From NCBI GenBank assembly GCA_965221955.1, contig CBDCTA010000022.1:1-64000 (forward strand): a stretch of DNA of 64,000 bases, read 5' to 3'. The DNA comes from Gammaproteobacteria bacterium (lineage in GTDB: Bacteria > Pseudomonadota > Gammaproteobacteria > UBA4575). Made by a program: the position numbers and the translations under genes. The notes under the pieces are model-generated. The model saw only the letters and a program-made list of their open reading frames with translations, was not told where the DNA came from and made no database searches. The number at the start of each line of letters is the position of its first letter. Positions within the stretch are counted from its first letter, which is position 1. Below, piece by piece: positions 1 to 13,200 of this stretch.

Positions 1-1926
1 GCTCACCACATAAGTGCCGATTAAGGTACACGTCGCACCCGCGGCCACCGTCGCACATGGTGTGGTGCCGCCGGTTGGGGTAATTAAGTTGTCGCTCACC
101 ACCACGTTGTTCAAGGTGCTGGTGCCATCGTTGGTCGCGGTCACGGTGTACGTTAAGGTGTCACCTTCGCTGATGTCACCGGAACCATCTTCATCCGCAT
201 TCGCCGTCACCGCTTTGGCAATCGCGACACTATCGTTTTGTACCACCGGTGTGTTCAAGATGGTTTGTACCGGTGTGGTGATTTCATTACTGACCACGCT
301 CGCGGTGTTGGCAATGTTGCCCGCAATCGCATCCGCGTTGCTCACCACATAAGTGCCGATTAAGGTACACGTCGCACCCGCGGCCACCGTCGCACATGGT
401 GTGGTGCCGCCGGTTGGGGTAATTAAGTTGTCGCTCACCACCACGTTGTTCAAGGTGCTGGTGCCATCGTTGGTCGCGGTCACGGTGTACGTTAAGGTGT
501 CACCTTCGCTGATGTCACCGGAACCATCTTCATCCGCATTCGCCGTCACCGCTTTGGCAATCGCGACACTATCGTTTTGTACCACCGGTGTGTTCAAGAT
601 GGTTTGTACCGGTGTGGTGATTTCATTACTGACCACGCTCGCGGTGTTGGCAATGTTGCCCGCAATCGCATCCGCGTTGCTCACCACATAAGTGCCGATT
701 AAGGTACACGTCGCACCCGCGGCCACCGTCGCACATGGTGTGGTGCCGCCGGTTGGGGTAATTAAGTTGTCGCTCACCACCACGTTGTTCAAGGTGCTGG
801 TGCCATCGTTGGTCGCGGTCACGGTGTACGTTAAGGTGTCACCTTCGCTGATGTCACCGGAACCATCTTCATCCGCATTCGCCGTCACCGCTTTGGCAAT
901 CGCGACACTATCGTTTTGTACCACCGGTGTGTTCAAGATGGTTTGTACCGGTGTGGTGATTTCATTACTGACCACGCTCGCGGTGTTGGCAATGTTGCCC
1001 GCAATCGCATCCGCGTTGCTCACCACATAAGTGCCGATTAAGGTACACGTCGCACCCGCGGCCACCGTCGCACATGGTGTGGTGCCGCCGGTTGGGGTAA
1101 TTAAGTTGTCGCTCACCACCACGTTGTTCAAGGTGCTGGTGCCATCGTTGGTCGCGGTCACGGTGTACGTTAAGGTGTCACCTTCGCTGATGTCACCGGA
1201 ACCATCTTCATCCGCATTCGCCGTCACCGCTTTGGCAATCGCGACACTATCGTTTTGTACCACCGGTGTGTTCAAGATGGTTTGTACCGGTGTGGTGATT
1301 TCATTACTGACCACGCTCGCGGTGTTGGCAATGTTGCCCGCAATCGCATCCGCGTTGCTCACCACATAAGTGCCGATTAAGGTACACGTCGCACCCGCGG
1401 CCACCGTCGCACATGGTGTGGTGCCGCCGGTTGGGGTAATTAAGTTGTCGCTCACCACCACGTTGTTCAAGGTGCTGGTGCCATCGTTGGTCGCGGTCAC
1501 GGTGTACGTTAAGGTGTCACCTTCGCTGATGTCACCGGAACCATCTTCATCCGCATTCGCCGTCACCGCTTTGGCAATCGCGACACTATCGTTTTGTACC
1601 ACCGGTGTGTTCAAGATGGTTTGTACCGGTGTGGTGATTTCATTACTGACCACGCTCGCGGTGTTGGCAATGTTGCCCGCAATCGCATCCGCGTTGCTCA
1701 CCACATAAGTGCCGATTAAGGTACACGTCGCACCCGCGGCCACCGTCGCACATGGTGTGGTGCCGCCGGTTGGGGTAATTAAGTTGTCGCTCACCACCAC
1801 GTTGTTCAAGGTGCTGGTGCCATCGTTGGTCGCGGTCACGGTGTACGTTAAGGTGTCACCTTCGCTGATGTCACCGGAACCATCTTCATCCGCATTCGCC
1901 GTCACCGCTTTGGCAATCGCGACACT
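1..1926. repeat. Tandem repeat, 339-bp unit, ~5.7 copies visible
   Basis: The same sequence recurs every 339 bp; the ORF track gives identical antisense 112-aa ORFs at 14, 353, 692, 1031 and 1370. Confidence 0.97.
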
Positions 1927-2163
1927 TGGTAATGACAAGGAGTTATTGTCGGATGCAGAGTTTACTCCACCACTTGAAGTTGGATCCGTTACACCTGCTG
2001 GTACAGTAATAGTAGCGGTGTTAGTTAACGGATCAGGAAAAGCTGCGAAGGATGGAAATACCGCAGTAGCTGAAAACCATAAAATAAAAAATCGGAGGGC
2101 ACAGTTAAGTGCTCGTATATACGATTCCTTATTCGATGAATTCCATTTGTAGAGTTTGGACAC
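1..2163 (-). CDS. Large secreted repeat protein / adhesin (DUF11/DUF7507-like Ig-fold repeats), 3' end beyond window
   Basis: Hand-translated minus frame: GTG at 2163 after AAAGGA, then MSKLYKWNSS...ALRFFILWFSATAVFPSFAA (signal-peptide-like). 113-aa repeats follow (...SVAIAKAVTANADEDGSGDISEGDTLTYTVTATNDGTSTLNNVVVSDNL...CATVAAGATCTLIGTYVVSNADAIAGNIANTASV...). No stop before position 1. Confidence 0.85.
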   Translation of the reverse strand, partial: MSKLYKWNSSNKESYIRALNCALRFFILWFSATAVFPSFAAFPDPLTNTATITVPAGVTDPTSSGGVNSASDNNSLSLPSVAIAKAVTANADEDGSGDISEGDTLTYTVTATNDGTSTLNNVVVSDNLITPTGGTTPCATVAAGATCTLIGTYVVSNADAIAGNIANTASVVSNEITTPVQTILNTPVVQNDSVAIAKAVTANADEDGSGDISEGDTLTYTVTATNDGTSTLNNVVVSDNLITPTGGTTPCATVAAGATCTLIGTYVVSNADAIAGNIANTASVVSNEITTPVQTILNTPVVQNDSVAIAKAVTANADEDGSGDISEGDTLTYTVTATNDGTSTLNNVVVSDNLITPTGGTTPCATVAAGATCTLIGTYVVSNADAIAGNIANTASVVSNEITTPVQTILNTPVVQNDSVAIAKAVTANADEDGSGDISEGDTLTYTVTATNDGTSTLNNVVVSDNLITPTGGTTPCATVAAGATCTLIGTYVVSNADAIAGNIANTASVVSNEITTPVQTILNTPVVQNDSVAIAKAVTANADEDGSGDISEGDTLTYTVTATNDGTSTLNNVVVSDNLITPTGGTTPCATVAAGATCTLIGTYVVSNADAIAGNIANTASVVSNEITTPVQTILNTPVVQNDSVAIAKAVTANADEDGSGDISEGDTLTYTVTATNDGTSTLNNVVVSDNLITPTGGTTPCATVAAGATCTLIGTYVVS

Positions 2164-2667
2164 TCGTTAATCCTTTAACGCTCTTATGAGCCAAACCCGC
2201 CCGTCAACGAGATGGAATAAATCCAAATCGCTGCTCAAAATAATTGAGCATTTTGAAGTCGAGTTGAGGCTTTAAAACCGTTCTAAAATTTCAGAACGAA
2301 GTTGATAAATCATTGACTTCTAAAAGAAATTTTTAATTTCTTTGTCGTTGCCAATAATACGACTACAGCGTCAAATTTTAGACGGTCAAAGTCTCAAAAT
2401 ACGGGATAATTAGACAAAACCCGACTCAGTGACATGATTTGACGATTGAAGGTGTTAAGAAAAAATTTAATACTAAAGGTGATAAGTTGTTGTTTTTCAA
2501 GGATAAATGGACAACTTTTTTAAGACCGATTAAGATCCTATAAACGAACTGATAATGCTATAGAAATCAATAGGTTAAGAAATTTTAACTTGAAATAATC
2601 GCAATTGATATACTTGTTTATATAACTAGTTATGATCTATAACTAAAATTAAGTTTTTAAACTTAAT

Positions 2668-3225
2668 CTAGTTTTTCCACTTGATATTACAACCCACACT
2701 TGGTTTTTGTTCTGTAGTTACTTGCTCACCAGCAAGAATCGAATCCAAGGCGCTTCGTAAATCTGAACCACTAACAGGTATATTATTACCCGGACGAGAA
2801 TCATCGAGTTGACCTCGATAAACGCATTTTAATTCATGGTCAAAAACAAAAAAATCTGGCGTACATGTAGCATCATATTTTTTAGCTACTTCTTGGGTTT
2901 CGTCATATAAATATGGAAAGTTATAACCTAATGATTGCGCAAGAACTTTCATCTTATCTGGCGAGTCTTCTGGATAATTCTCAACGTCATTCGCACTTAT
3001 GGCTACAATGCCAATACCCTTGCTTAAGTAATCCTGTCCAAGTTTTACGAACTCATCTTGCACATGCTTTACAAATGGACAATGGTTACAAATAAACATA
3101 ATAAGCGTCGCATGTGTACCTTTAATCTCTTGTAATGTCCTACGCTCACCTGAAACCGTATCAGTAAGACTAAAACTAGGGGCAATCGTGCCTAAAGGCA
3201 TCATATTTGAAGCTGTTTGTACCAT
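2668..3225 (-). CDS. Thioredoxin-fold AhpC/TSA family protein
   Basis: FICNHCPFV motif, YDATCTPDFF, C-terminal GCNIKWK. Confidence 0.85.
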   Translation of the reverse strand: MVQTASNMMPLGTIAPSFSLTDTVSGERRTLQEIKGTHATLIMFICNHCPFVKHVQDEFVKLGQDYLSKGIGIVAISANDVENYPEDSPDKMKVLAQSLGYNFPYLYDETQEVAKKYDATCTPDFFVFDHELKCVYRGQLDDSRPGNNIPVSGSDLRSALDSILAGEQVTTEQKPSVGCNIKWKN

Positions 3226-3368
3226 AACGTGAGCTACTTACTTTCTATGTGAATTCGTATGCGTAAAATACTGTACCCGATATTAATCATATAACTAATG
3301 GGTTAAATAATAATACTATCCCTGTAATAAACTATAGCTGAAATACCAGCCTGCAAAGGAATTTATCA

Positions 3369-4526
3369 ATGTCGACGACACGTGTTTTTACTTCGGAATC
3401 TGTTTCTGAAGGTCACCCAGATAAAATGGCGGATCAAGTATCAGACGCCATTCTTGATGCAATTTTAGAACAAGACACGAATGCCCGTGTAGCCTGTGAG
3501 ACAATGGTTAAAACGGGCATGGTGGTACTTGCCGGTGAAATCACCACCTCAGCACAAATTGAATATGAAAAAATTGTGCGCGATACAGTGAATGGCATTG
3601 GCTACGATAATTCTGATGTAGGTTTCGATGGCCATAACTGTGCCGTGCTTAATGCACTTGGCAAACAATCTCCGGATATTGCTCAAGGTGTAGATCGCAA
3701 GTCAAAAGAAGAGCAAGGAGCCGGCGACCAAGGCATGATGTTTGGTTATGCAAGCAATGAAACAGATGTGCTGATGCCCGCACCCATTACTTACTCACAT
3801 CGCTTAGTTCAAAAACAATCTGAAGTTAGAAAAGCAGGTACATTAAGATGGTTGCGCCCTGATGCAAAAAGCCAAATTACTTTTGTCTATGAAGATGGCA
3901 AACCCACTAGCATTAACGCAGTAGTGTTATCTACACAGCATGATCCTGACATAAGTCAAAGTGATTTACATGAAGCGGTGATGGAACATATTATTAAACC
4001 TACTTTGCCAGAGAAGTGGTTATCTAAAGATACAAAATATCACATCAATCCTACAGGTAAGTTTGAAATTGGTGGGCCAGTCGGTGATTGTGGATTAACA
4101 GGACGCAAGATTATTGTAGACACCTATGGCGGCATGGCAAGACATGGCGGTGGAGCTTTCTCAGGTAAAGATCCTTCTAAAGTAGATCGTTCTGCAGCTT
4201 ATGCAGGGCGTTATGTAGCAAAAAATGTTGTAGCCGCGGGTTTGGCGGAACGTTGCGAGATTCAGATTTCTTATGCCATCGGTGTAGCTCAGCCTACCTC
4301 TGTATCTATCGATACATTTGGAACAGGAAAAATTGCCGATAATAAAATCGAAGATATTGTACAAGATGTATTTGATTTACGTCCTTATGGAATTGTTACG
4401 ATGCTTGATTTATTACATCCAATTTATCAGGCTACTGCGGCTTATGGACATTTTGGCCGTGATGAATCTAGCTTCCATTGGGAACGCACAGATAAAGCTG
4501 CTGAATTAAAAGATCGCGCATCTTAA
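3369..4526 (+). CDS. metK: S-adenosylmethionine synthetase
   Basis: [19 protein letters not shown] and GGGAFSGKD signatures. Confidence 0.98.
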   Translation: MSTTRVFTSESVSEGHPDKMADQVSDAILDAILEQDTNARVACETMVKTGMVVLAGEITTSAQIEYEKIVRDTVNGIGYDNSDVGFDGHNCAVLNALGKQSPDIAQGVDRKSKEEQGAGDQGMMFGYASNETDVLMPAPITYSHRLVQKQSEVRKAGTLRWLRPDAKSQITFVYEDGKPTSINAVVLSTQHDPDISQSDLHEAVMEHIIKPTLPEKWLSKDTKYHINPTGKFEIGGPVGDCGLTGRKIIVDTYGGMARHGGGAFSGKDPSKVDRSAAYAGRYVAKNVVAAGLAERCEIQISYAIGVAQPTSVSIDTFGTGKIADNKIEDIVQDVFDLRPYGIVTMLDLLHPIYQATAAYGHFGRDESSFHWERTDKAAELKDRAS

Positions 4527-4571
4527 AAAGTTTATTTCTAATTATTGAATGCTTAAGGAGCATACTTAAAT

Positions 4572-5885
4572 ATGACTACGCAAACTGCAGAAAAACTTGA
4601 GCCAGATTTTAAAGTGGCTGATATTGCATTAGCCGATTGGGGCCGCAAAGAAATTGCCATTGCAGAAACCGAAATGCCAGGTTTGATGGCATTGCGAGAA
4701 AAATATGGTAATGAAAAGCCGCTATCAGGCGCACGTATCGTAGGCTGCTTACATATGACCATTCAAACTGCGGTGCTGATCGAAACATTAGCTAAACTTG
4801 GTGCAGAGATTCGCTGGTCATCTTGCAATATCTTTTCTACTCAAGATCATGCGGCCGCAGCAATCGCTGCAGAAGGCGTACCCGTCTTCGCCTGGAAAGG
4901 TGAAACTGAAGAAGAATACGAATGGTGTATCGAACAAACCATAACAGGCCCAAATGGTTGGACACCTAACATGATTCTGGATGATGGTGGTGACTTAACC
5001 AAAGTGATGCACGAAAAATATCCTGAATTACTCAAAGAAGTAAAAGGTCTTTCCGAGGAAACTACAACGGGTGTACATCGTTTACATGAAATGGAAAAAA
5101 CTGGCGAATTAAAAGTCCCAGCATTCAATGTTAACGATTCAGTTACCAAATCTAAGTTCGATAATTTGTATGGTTGTCGCGAATCTTTAGTCGATGGTAT
5201 CAAACGTGCTACCGATGTCATGGTTGCAGGTAAAACCGCAGTGGTTTGTGGTTACGGCGATGTAGGCAAAGGCAGTGCGCAATCTCTTCGTGGTCTTGGT
5301 GCAACGGTTTTGATCACTGAAATCGATCCGATCTGTGCACTACAAGCAGCTATGGAAGGTTATGGTGTTGTTCAGTTAGAAGACGTTGTAGACACTGCAG
5401 ATATTTTTGTTACTACTACAGGTAATTTTAACGTCATCAACCATGAGCATATGCAAGCTATGAAAGACCAAGCTATTATCTGCAATATTGGTCACTTTGA
5501 TAATGAAATTGATGTAGCAAGCTTAAAACAATACCAATGGGAAAACATCAAACCTCAAGTGGATCATATTATTTTCCCTGATGAAAAACGCATCATATTA
5601 TTAGCTGAAGGTCGTCTTGTGAACTTAGGCTGCGCAACTGGACACCCAAGTTTTGTAATGTCTAATTCATTTACTAACCAAGTGCTTGCTCAAATGGAAC
5701 TTTGGAAGAACTCTGAAAAGTATGACAACAAAGTTTATGTGTTACCAAAAACACTTGATGAGGAAGTTGCGCGATTACACCTTGAAAAAATTGGCGTAAA
5801 GCTAACTAGACTTACTCAAGAACAAGCAGACTATATCAGCGTTGATGTAGATGGTCCGTACAAACCTGACTACTATCGTTATTAA
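4572..5885 (+). CDS. ahcY: Adenosylhomocysteinase
   Basis: [32 protein letters not shown]. Confidence 0.98.
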   Translation: MTTQTAEKLEPDFKVADIALADWGRKEIAIAETEMPGLMALREKYGNEKPLSGARIVGCLHMTIQTAVLIETLAKLGAEIRWSSCNIFSTQDHAAAAIAAEGVPVFAWKGETEEEYEWCIEQTITGPNGWTPNMILDDGGDLTKVMHEKYPELLKEVKGLSEETTTGVHRLHEMEKTGELKVPAFNVNDSVTKSKFDNLYGCRESLVDGIKRATDVMVAGKTAVVCGYGDVGKGSAQSLRGLGATVLITEIDPICALQAAMEGYGVVQLEDVVDTADIFVTTTGNFNVINHEHMQAMKDQAIICNIGHFDNEIDVASLKQYQWENIKPQVDHIIFPDEKRIILLAEGRLVNLGCATGHPSFVMSNSFTNQVLAQMELWKNSEKYDNKVYVLPKTLDEEVARLHLEKIGVKLTRLTQEQADYISVDVDGPYKPDYYRY

Positions 5886-5923
5886 GTTAAATTAGTATGC
5901 CTTTTCACTCGCCTTGAGTTTCG

Positions 5924-6661
5924 ATGCGAGTCATCCGTCTATATACCTGCCAACATCTAGCTCCGGATTTAGATCTAGAGCTAGATGATGAAACACGCCA
6001 CTATGCCACAAATGTGTTAAGGCTCAATAAGCATTCCAGGCTCACACTTTTTAATGGTGATGGTTTCGATTACACATGTGAAATTCTAGATTGTAAAAAA
6101 TCAATCTTACGCGTAAACATCTTACAACAACTTAAATTGAATAATGAGTCGCCATTAAAAACTCATTTATATTTAGGTGTTTCAAAGAGTTCACATATGG
6201 ATTACGCCATCCAGAAAACGGTAGAGGCAGGTGTCTCAAGTATTTATCCTATTTTAATGGAACGCACGGTTAGCAAAGCAAGCAGCAAATCATTAGAAAA
6301 TAAACACCAACACTGGCAACGCATTATTCGAAGCGCATGTGAACAAAGCGGTAGAGCAGTTATTCCTAACTTATCCGAAGTGAGTGAATTAACTGCGATC
6401 GCACCATGTTTAGAAAATGAATATGGATTGCTTTTTGATATACATTCAAAGCAAAATATGCAAAGTTTAGAAATCAAAAAGCCCGCATCAATTAAACTAT
6501 TGATCGGACCAGAGGGTGGATTATCTAGCAACGAGATAGAATTTGCCTTGCAAAAAGGTTTTCATGCGGTGAATTGCGGTCCGCGGGTTCTACGCACTGA
6601 AACAGCTGCACTTACTGCAGTGTTACTAGCCCAACAGGAATGGGGAGACCTAGCAGGGTAA
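5924..6661 (+). CDS. rsmE: 16S rRNA m3U1498 methyltransferase
   Basis: HYATNVLRL, ACEQSGR, IGPEGG, GPRVLRTETA. Confidence 0.95.
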   Translation: MRVIRLYTCQHLAPDLDLELDDETRHYATNVLRLNKHSRLTLFNGDGFDYTCEILDCKKSILRVNILQQLKLNNESPLKTHLYLGVSKSSHMDYAIQKTVEAGVSSIYPILMERTVSKASSKSLENKHQHWQRIIRSACEQSGRAVIPNLSEVSELTAIAPCLENEYGLLFDIHSKQNMQSLEIKKPASIKLLIGPEGGLSSNEIEFALQKGFHAVNCGPRVLRTETAALTAVLLAQQEWGDLAG

Positions 6662-6773
6662 TTGAAGTAAGTGAAAATTTATAGACCTACACAGCTCTGT
6701 TGCTAGCACAATAAAATTGTCAAGTTATTAACTTTGGCCTAAGACACTCTATTACCAGAATAATTAATTGTAT

Positions 6774-7250
6774 TTAATTTGCACGTGTTAAAAGAATTTC
6801 TTCAAGCTTTTGAAAATTAGGAATTGCCAATTCTTTACTACCGATCTTCACGTAATGCGAAATAAGCTCAGAGTGTTTACTCATCATACCATCGTGATTA
6901 TACAGAGCTCGGCTATCTAGAATTAGAGGCCTAGGCATTGACTGTACTTCAATGGCATATAAAGGGAACGCTTCAGTATTTTCGATGACATAACAGATAA
7001 CCGCACGAATATGTTTGGTTTTAGAAACCCTAGGTTGATTGCAAAGTCTTTCAAATGAAACCACAGGTACAACATAATCTTGCCACTCAATATCACCAAT
7101 TAACCAATCTTCATCATCTTCATAAGTATTAATTGCAGGTTTATAAACTACTTCTTTTACAATCGATTTAGGCAATAACACATCGTTGCTACCTAGTGGT
7201 AACAATAGGCAACTAAGTGTTGGATAAGTTGAAACTTCTGATAACGACAT
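6774..7250 (-). CDS. chpC: CheW-like protein ChpC
   Basis: CheW-like (LLPKSIVKEV, WLIGDIEWQDYVVPVVSFE); lies directly downstream of chpA. Confidence 0.75.
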   Translation of the reverse strand: MSLSEVSTYPTLSCLLLPLGSNDVLLPKSIVKEVVYKPAINTYEDDEDWLIGDIEWQDYVVPVVSFERLCNQPRVSKTKHIRAVICYVIENTEAFPLYAIEVQSMPRPLILDSRALYNHDGMMSKHSELISHYVKIGSKELAIPNFQKLEEILLTRAN

Positions 7251-7254
7251 ACTA

Positions 7255-10200
7255 TTATTTGACTACTTCACGAACACAGTCCAACAACTGACTTTCATTG
7301 TAAGGTTTACCTAAATATTCCTGTACACCAATATCTAAAGCACGCTGACGATGTTTATCGCCTGTACGCGAAGTAATCATAATAATGGGTACATTTTTCA
7401 AGCGTTCATTATTTCTTACATGAGTGGCTAGCTCAAAACCATCCATGCGAGGCATTTCTATGTCTAATAGAATCAGTGCAGGCGTAAAGTCTTGTAGTTT
7501 TTGTACTGCATCCACACCATCTTTTGCAGTAGTGACTTTATAGTTATTACGTTCAAGGAAACGCGTAGTTACTTTACGAATCGTAATTGAATCGTCTACC
7601 ACCATAATAGTTGGCTGCGCATCAATAATTGCTTCTTCACGACTAGGCGACACTTGTCCCAGCTCTTCAATCGAATCCATGCGAACTAGTCCTTGTACAT
7701 CCAGTATTAACACAACATTGCCATCACCTAAAATCGTGGCACCTGAAATAGCAGGTAAACGGCTTAGCTGTGTCGCAAGAGGCTTGACGACGATTTCATG
7801 ATTTCCTAGTGTTGCTTCTACATGTATTGCCATACGAGATTTACCGGAACGTACTAGCAATACTGGAAACATTTTGTCGGCACCATCTAGCTGAGGGTGA
7901 CTTAAACCTAATAAGCTCGCTAAATGACTGAGTCGATAGCTTCTGTCTGCATAATTATAAACAGCAGAGTCTTCTGCATATTTCTGCTTGAGCTCATGTG
8001 CTGACATTCGCACCACACCTTCTACACTTGCCAATGGCACGGCATAAATATCATTAGCACATTTAACAAGTAACGACTGGGTAATCGCTAAAGTAAACGG
8101 AATATGAATCGTAAAGGTTGCTCCTTGCCCAAATTCAGTATCAATTTGCAAAGCACCGCCTAGTTGCTTGATCTCACTCGCAACAACATCCATACCTACA
8201 CCACGCCCAGAGACTTGTGAAACTTGACCTGCAGTACTAAACCCTGGTGTTAAGATTAAATTTAATGCTTCACGATCAGGTATATTGTCATCATCAATTA
8301 AACCAAGTTCTTGCGCTTTATTTTTTATCTTTTCAACATCAAGACCTGCACCATCATCCGTAACCACAATTACAATTTCTGCACCTTCACGAGCTACTTC
8401 TATTTTAATTTCTCCACGCTCAGATTTTTGCACCGATGAGCGTTGCTCGGGAGCTTCGATTCCATGTGAAATTGCATTTCTAACCAAGTGTTCAAGCGGC
8501 GCAACAATGCGATTCAAAATGGAACTATCAATTTCTGTATTTTGACCCACCACTTTTAAATCAGCTTGTTTTTCAAGCTCACGTGAAGTTTGACGCACGA
8601 TGCGCTGCAAACGTGGTACAAGTTGATTAAACTGCACCATACGTGTGCGCATTAAGCCTTCCTGTAGATCACCACTAATACGGCGCTGCTGCATTAGCAG
8701 CATTTCTGATTCACGCACTTGATCAGATAAAATTTCTTTTATACTTAACAAATCATTAACGCTTTCTGCTAATGATCTTGACAGTTGTTGTATATTTGAA
8801 TAACGATCTAATTCAAGAGGATCAAAATCTTCTTGTTCAGGTGCCTCATGTGCATGTCGAGATAAAATCTGAGTTTCTGTCTCAATTTCAAGATTACGCA
8901 ATTGATCGCGCAATCGGTTTACAACCTGGTCTAATTCATAAATATTAGCGGTGTAGTTATTGCTAACCTGCTCTAATCGCGCTTGAAAGATATTCACCTC
9001 GCCTGCGTTATTTACAAGGTTATCCAACACACTAGACTGTAATCGTACCGCTTGCTGACCTGAAATGAGTGGTTGAATATTTTGTGAGGGATTTGTTTCA
9101 ACAGGATTGCGCAATACAGGAATTTTTACTACTTTATTGGATTCCTCAACACTTTCACTAGATTTAAATACCGGCGCTTCTTCAAAGGCAGAATTTTCCT
9201 CTTTTTTAAATACATCCGGCTCAGCAACTGGAGGAACGCCAACAACACTATCATCTACACTTAATAATGCATCAATATTCTGTATTAATTCAGTTGCCGG
9301 TGGAACAGGGTGTTTTGCTACAGCCAAGTCAACCATTTCATTTAATTGATCTAAACAACGTTGAACAATATTAAAAATATCTTCATCTGCATTTACACGA
9401 TTATCGACGATTGAAATCACAAGATTTTCAAAAGTATGGCTTAAATTTCCGATGTTGCTATAGGTTGCCATACGTGCACTACCTTTGAGAGTGTGCAATT
9501 GCCGACGAAACTCTGAAACAGCACTTTCATCTTTATGATTTGTTCTCCACTTATCTAAACACTCATTACACGTCTCAAGTATGTCTGCTGCCTCTTCAAG
9601 AAAAATTTCTACTAAATCTTCATCTTTGCCCTCATAAACATCACTATCATTAGACGCATCAACATTTTCAGTCAACCCAGTTACTTCAGCATTGGGCTCT
9701 GAAAGTGTAGCGCTTTGTGGCTCTTCTAATTTATCACTATCTTTCTCGACAAAGACTTGTTCTTCCACAACAACATTTTCTAAAACAGGAATTTCAACAA
9801 GTTTTAAATTATTAACCTTGCCTAATAAATCGAGATTGACTTCTTCCTCTTTGAAGGCGGAAGAATTGTTTGTAACACCTTTTTTTACATATTCGATGCA
9901 TTCAACAAACACATCGAATTGTTCAGCCTTAATTTTTTGATTATGTTGACCACATTCTTGACAAAACTTATCAAGCGGACCAATAAGTTTAGCGACTGCA
10001 TCCACCTGAGCTGTACGTGAACAACCAAATAAGGTGTGCAATGCATGTAGCAAGGTTTCATCAATAGGCAGAATTTTATGTTCTTTTTTCTGCTCGATAA
10101 TTTCTTCAATTGTGTTGATATGCTGACTTGCTTCATCTAGGAACAAGCTATAAAGCTCATCATGAAGTGAATCCTGTTGTTCAATTTTTTCTAACTCATC

Positions 10201-13200
10201 GATGTCTAAGTTGACAACTTCAATATTCGATTGAATTGCTGAATCTTCAGGTTGATCAATGAAATCTTCTTCTAAGCTCTCCTGTTGAGGATTGTTTTGC
10301 TGGTCAATAAATTCTTGTGCTTCGACATATAACTTAGTCACATCAGCGACAGGTTCACGCTCTGTTTTTATTTGCAACACTAGCTCATTAAGCAACGCTA
10401 CTGATCTTTCAAGCAACTCATGAATATCGCTTGTCACCTTCAAAGACTTATCAATTACTTTATTTAAGATGTTTTCAATTTGCCACGAGTATTCACCAAT
10501 AATTTCGGCCCCAACCAAACGGCCACTACCTTTTAAAGTATGGAAAGATCGACGTATGATAATAAGTGCATCCTCATTGCCTTGATCTTCTTGCCAAATT
10601 TTTCGATTAAGGTTTATTTTTTCTACTTCTTCCTCTGCCTCTTCAATAAAGATCTCTACAACATCTTCATCAGCATCATCACGATTAGCATACAAAACCT
10701 GCTCTAAACCGTCGTCTTTGATAGTAATGCTGTATGATTGTGGATCTTGCTGTGATCCATCTGAATCCTTTTCGCTAATTCCTGACACCAATTCAGGTAA
10801 AGACTCTTCGTCATTAGCAGAGTCTTGACTAAGAATATCGAGTTCATCACTCTCATTAGTAACTTGGGATTCTTCAAGATTATCTAAGTCATAAGCTTGA
10901 GCATTTGTACTTAATTCTTCTTCAATTTCGTCAAGTTCAAGTAAATTGGTAGCATCAAGATCTACTTCGACGACGCCCACCGCTTCATCTTCGTCACCCA
11001 CATCCAAGGCGAGATCATTTCTGAATTCTTCATTTGCAATACTATTTAGCTCTGTAGCTGCTTCTTCGATACTTGTAGATTCAAGCTCAATAAGATCAGC
11101 AGATAACTCTTCATCAGCTTCAGATAAATCTAATAATTCCGTTTCATCCAATGCATCTTGGTGTATAGCATCTGAACTTACAGATTCTTCATCTATTGAC
11201 GCGGGGTTTATTAACTCTGGGTTTAGTGGTTCAGGATCTACTATATTTTCACTAAGCGGCTCTTGCTCAACGTTGCTGGAATCTTCATCAAGCAGGTCAA
11301 AATCTAATGAGAGGTCTAATGAGGTAGCACTTAGATCTTCCAGATCAATCTCATCATCCAAACTGGCTTTAGTTCGTTTATTACTGGATTCTGTTTGCCC
11401 CATGCTAGCTGGGCTAGAATTAACATGCTCGTCACTTCCTTGATCAGCATGATCAGCCCCTATACTCCCTGAGGCCGGTTGATCAGAATTGGTCAAATCG
11501 TGCGCCTTAGTTTTTATATCTGGCCCACTTATTTTAGATTTTTTTTTTAGTTCCAAATCAGAAGAACTTAGCAAAGCAAGTGCATCATCTTCTTCAGCAG
11601 CAAACTCTTCTACTTCTACTGTTTCCAATGGTTGAGTCTTTTTTGATAAAGCAACCTCACCACCCACCAATAAAGAGACATTATTTATCCCATATTCGAG
11701 AATATCTTTTTGATTGCCTTCGTCAACAATCAAAGCTTCAAGGTAGCACTCTACACTGGTAATCGAATCAGCAAATGCATCTAATTTATCTGCTTTTGAA
11801 CTCAACTCTTGCACAGCATTCTCATCAAGCAAATAAGCTTGAATACATTCTAGTATCTTAGCCGCATCATCTAGGTTAAGCATTGATAGAGCACCCATCA
11901 CTTTGCGGAAGTGATCTTGTACTTTTACAAATTTTTCTTCATCTTCAGGTGCAGTAAGAACTTGAGAAAAAGTATTTTTTGCTTCTTCGATTTCACTCAA
12001 TGCTTCAGTAATTGTTTGCACTTGTATCTTTCTAAACTGATTTGCATCATCAGATGATTCAGAATGATCTTCAGTAGAATCAATTAGCTGCACAGCAGGC
12101 TTATTCAAAATTCTGTAGTTAACAAAATTATCAACAATATTTTCTGCTTTAATTAAAGTCTCTGCGATGGCAATAAAATTGCTATCCGCATGCTCTAATT
12201 CTTCAACCGACAAACCATTTAGTGCAGTTACTTCACGCAAAACTTCTTCTCTTGGTTCATCTAAACCAAGCATACTTAAAGTATCAGCAATTTTTTGTAA
12301 TTCTTTACCTACCTCTTTTACGCTTTCTGGAGATCTATTTTTACTATGCACATATAACTCAATAGCATCTTTTACAGTCTCAATATCTTCATGCAGCGCT
12401 TTTGAAACGGCTTGCAATACATCAGAATTTGGGCCCGACAAACCTTCGCGCATTTTATCGATGTCCATTTCGGAAGGAATAAGATCATTAAGTCCATAAG
12501 CTTGTTTTACTTTATCAACAATACGACCACGATCTTCTGCAATACCTACATAATAAAGTAAGTTCTTAATCAAACCAGCTGGGATTTCTTTTGCAAAGTT
12601 TGCTTCATCAAGTTCAATAAATCGTTTAATTTGTCGGTCTACCTGCCCCAATAATGATGCAAGTCCTGTACTAGTAGGCAATGCCTCTATCGCTAAAGCT
12701 TGTGCAATTGCACTTGAAACCCACCACAATCTACGTGCGGCAATTTCGTTTGAACATTGATGAAGACGAATTGCAACTTTACATATTTTTGTCGCTGCGA
12801 CATCGACTTCTTTATTTTGGATTAAGTTAACTAAACCAATTTGGAATCCATAACGAATTTTCTTTGCATATTCCTGAGCAGGAATCTCTATTTTCACGTG
12901 TACTTTAGGAACATCGATATCATCTAAATCTGGAAAAAATAAAATATGTTCTGAAAGCAATGGTGCTTCGCGAACACCGCGCAGATCATTTAAAAGTGGA
13001 AGCAGTACTACCGGAAGATCTTTATGACCCGCTTGCACATACTCAAGATAATCAGACATCTGTAGAATACCTCGCGACAAGCATTCTTGTGCTTTTTCTT
13101 TTTGTGTGATGGTTTCACTCATCAAGCCTTCAACCACGTCACACATTTCACGTGCTAAAACAGCTGCACCATTAATTTGTACAAGTTGCAGAGTTCGTTC

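Noticed and set aside
1-1926. CRISPR array
   Set aside because: The unit is 339 bp, in frame and coding, with no unique spacers.
14-2152. Six plus-strand ORFs (five identical 112 aa, one 147 aa)
   Set aside because: Antisense shadows of the minus-strand repeat gene, which has an RBS, a signal peptide and a recognisable repeat domain.
3226-3368. SAM or SAH riboswitch upstream of metK-ahcY
   Set aside because: No recognisable aptamer consensus; the leader is short and AT-rich.
10700-11600. Acidic low-complexity stretch in chpA
   Set aside because: Long acidic linkers are ordinary in ChpA proteins.
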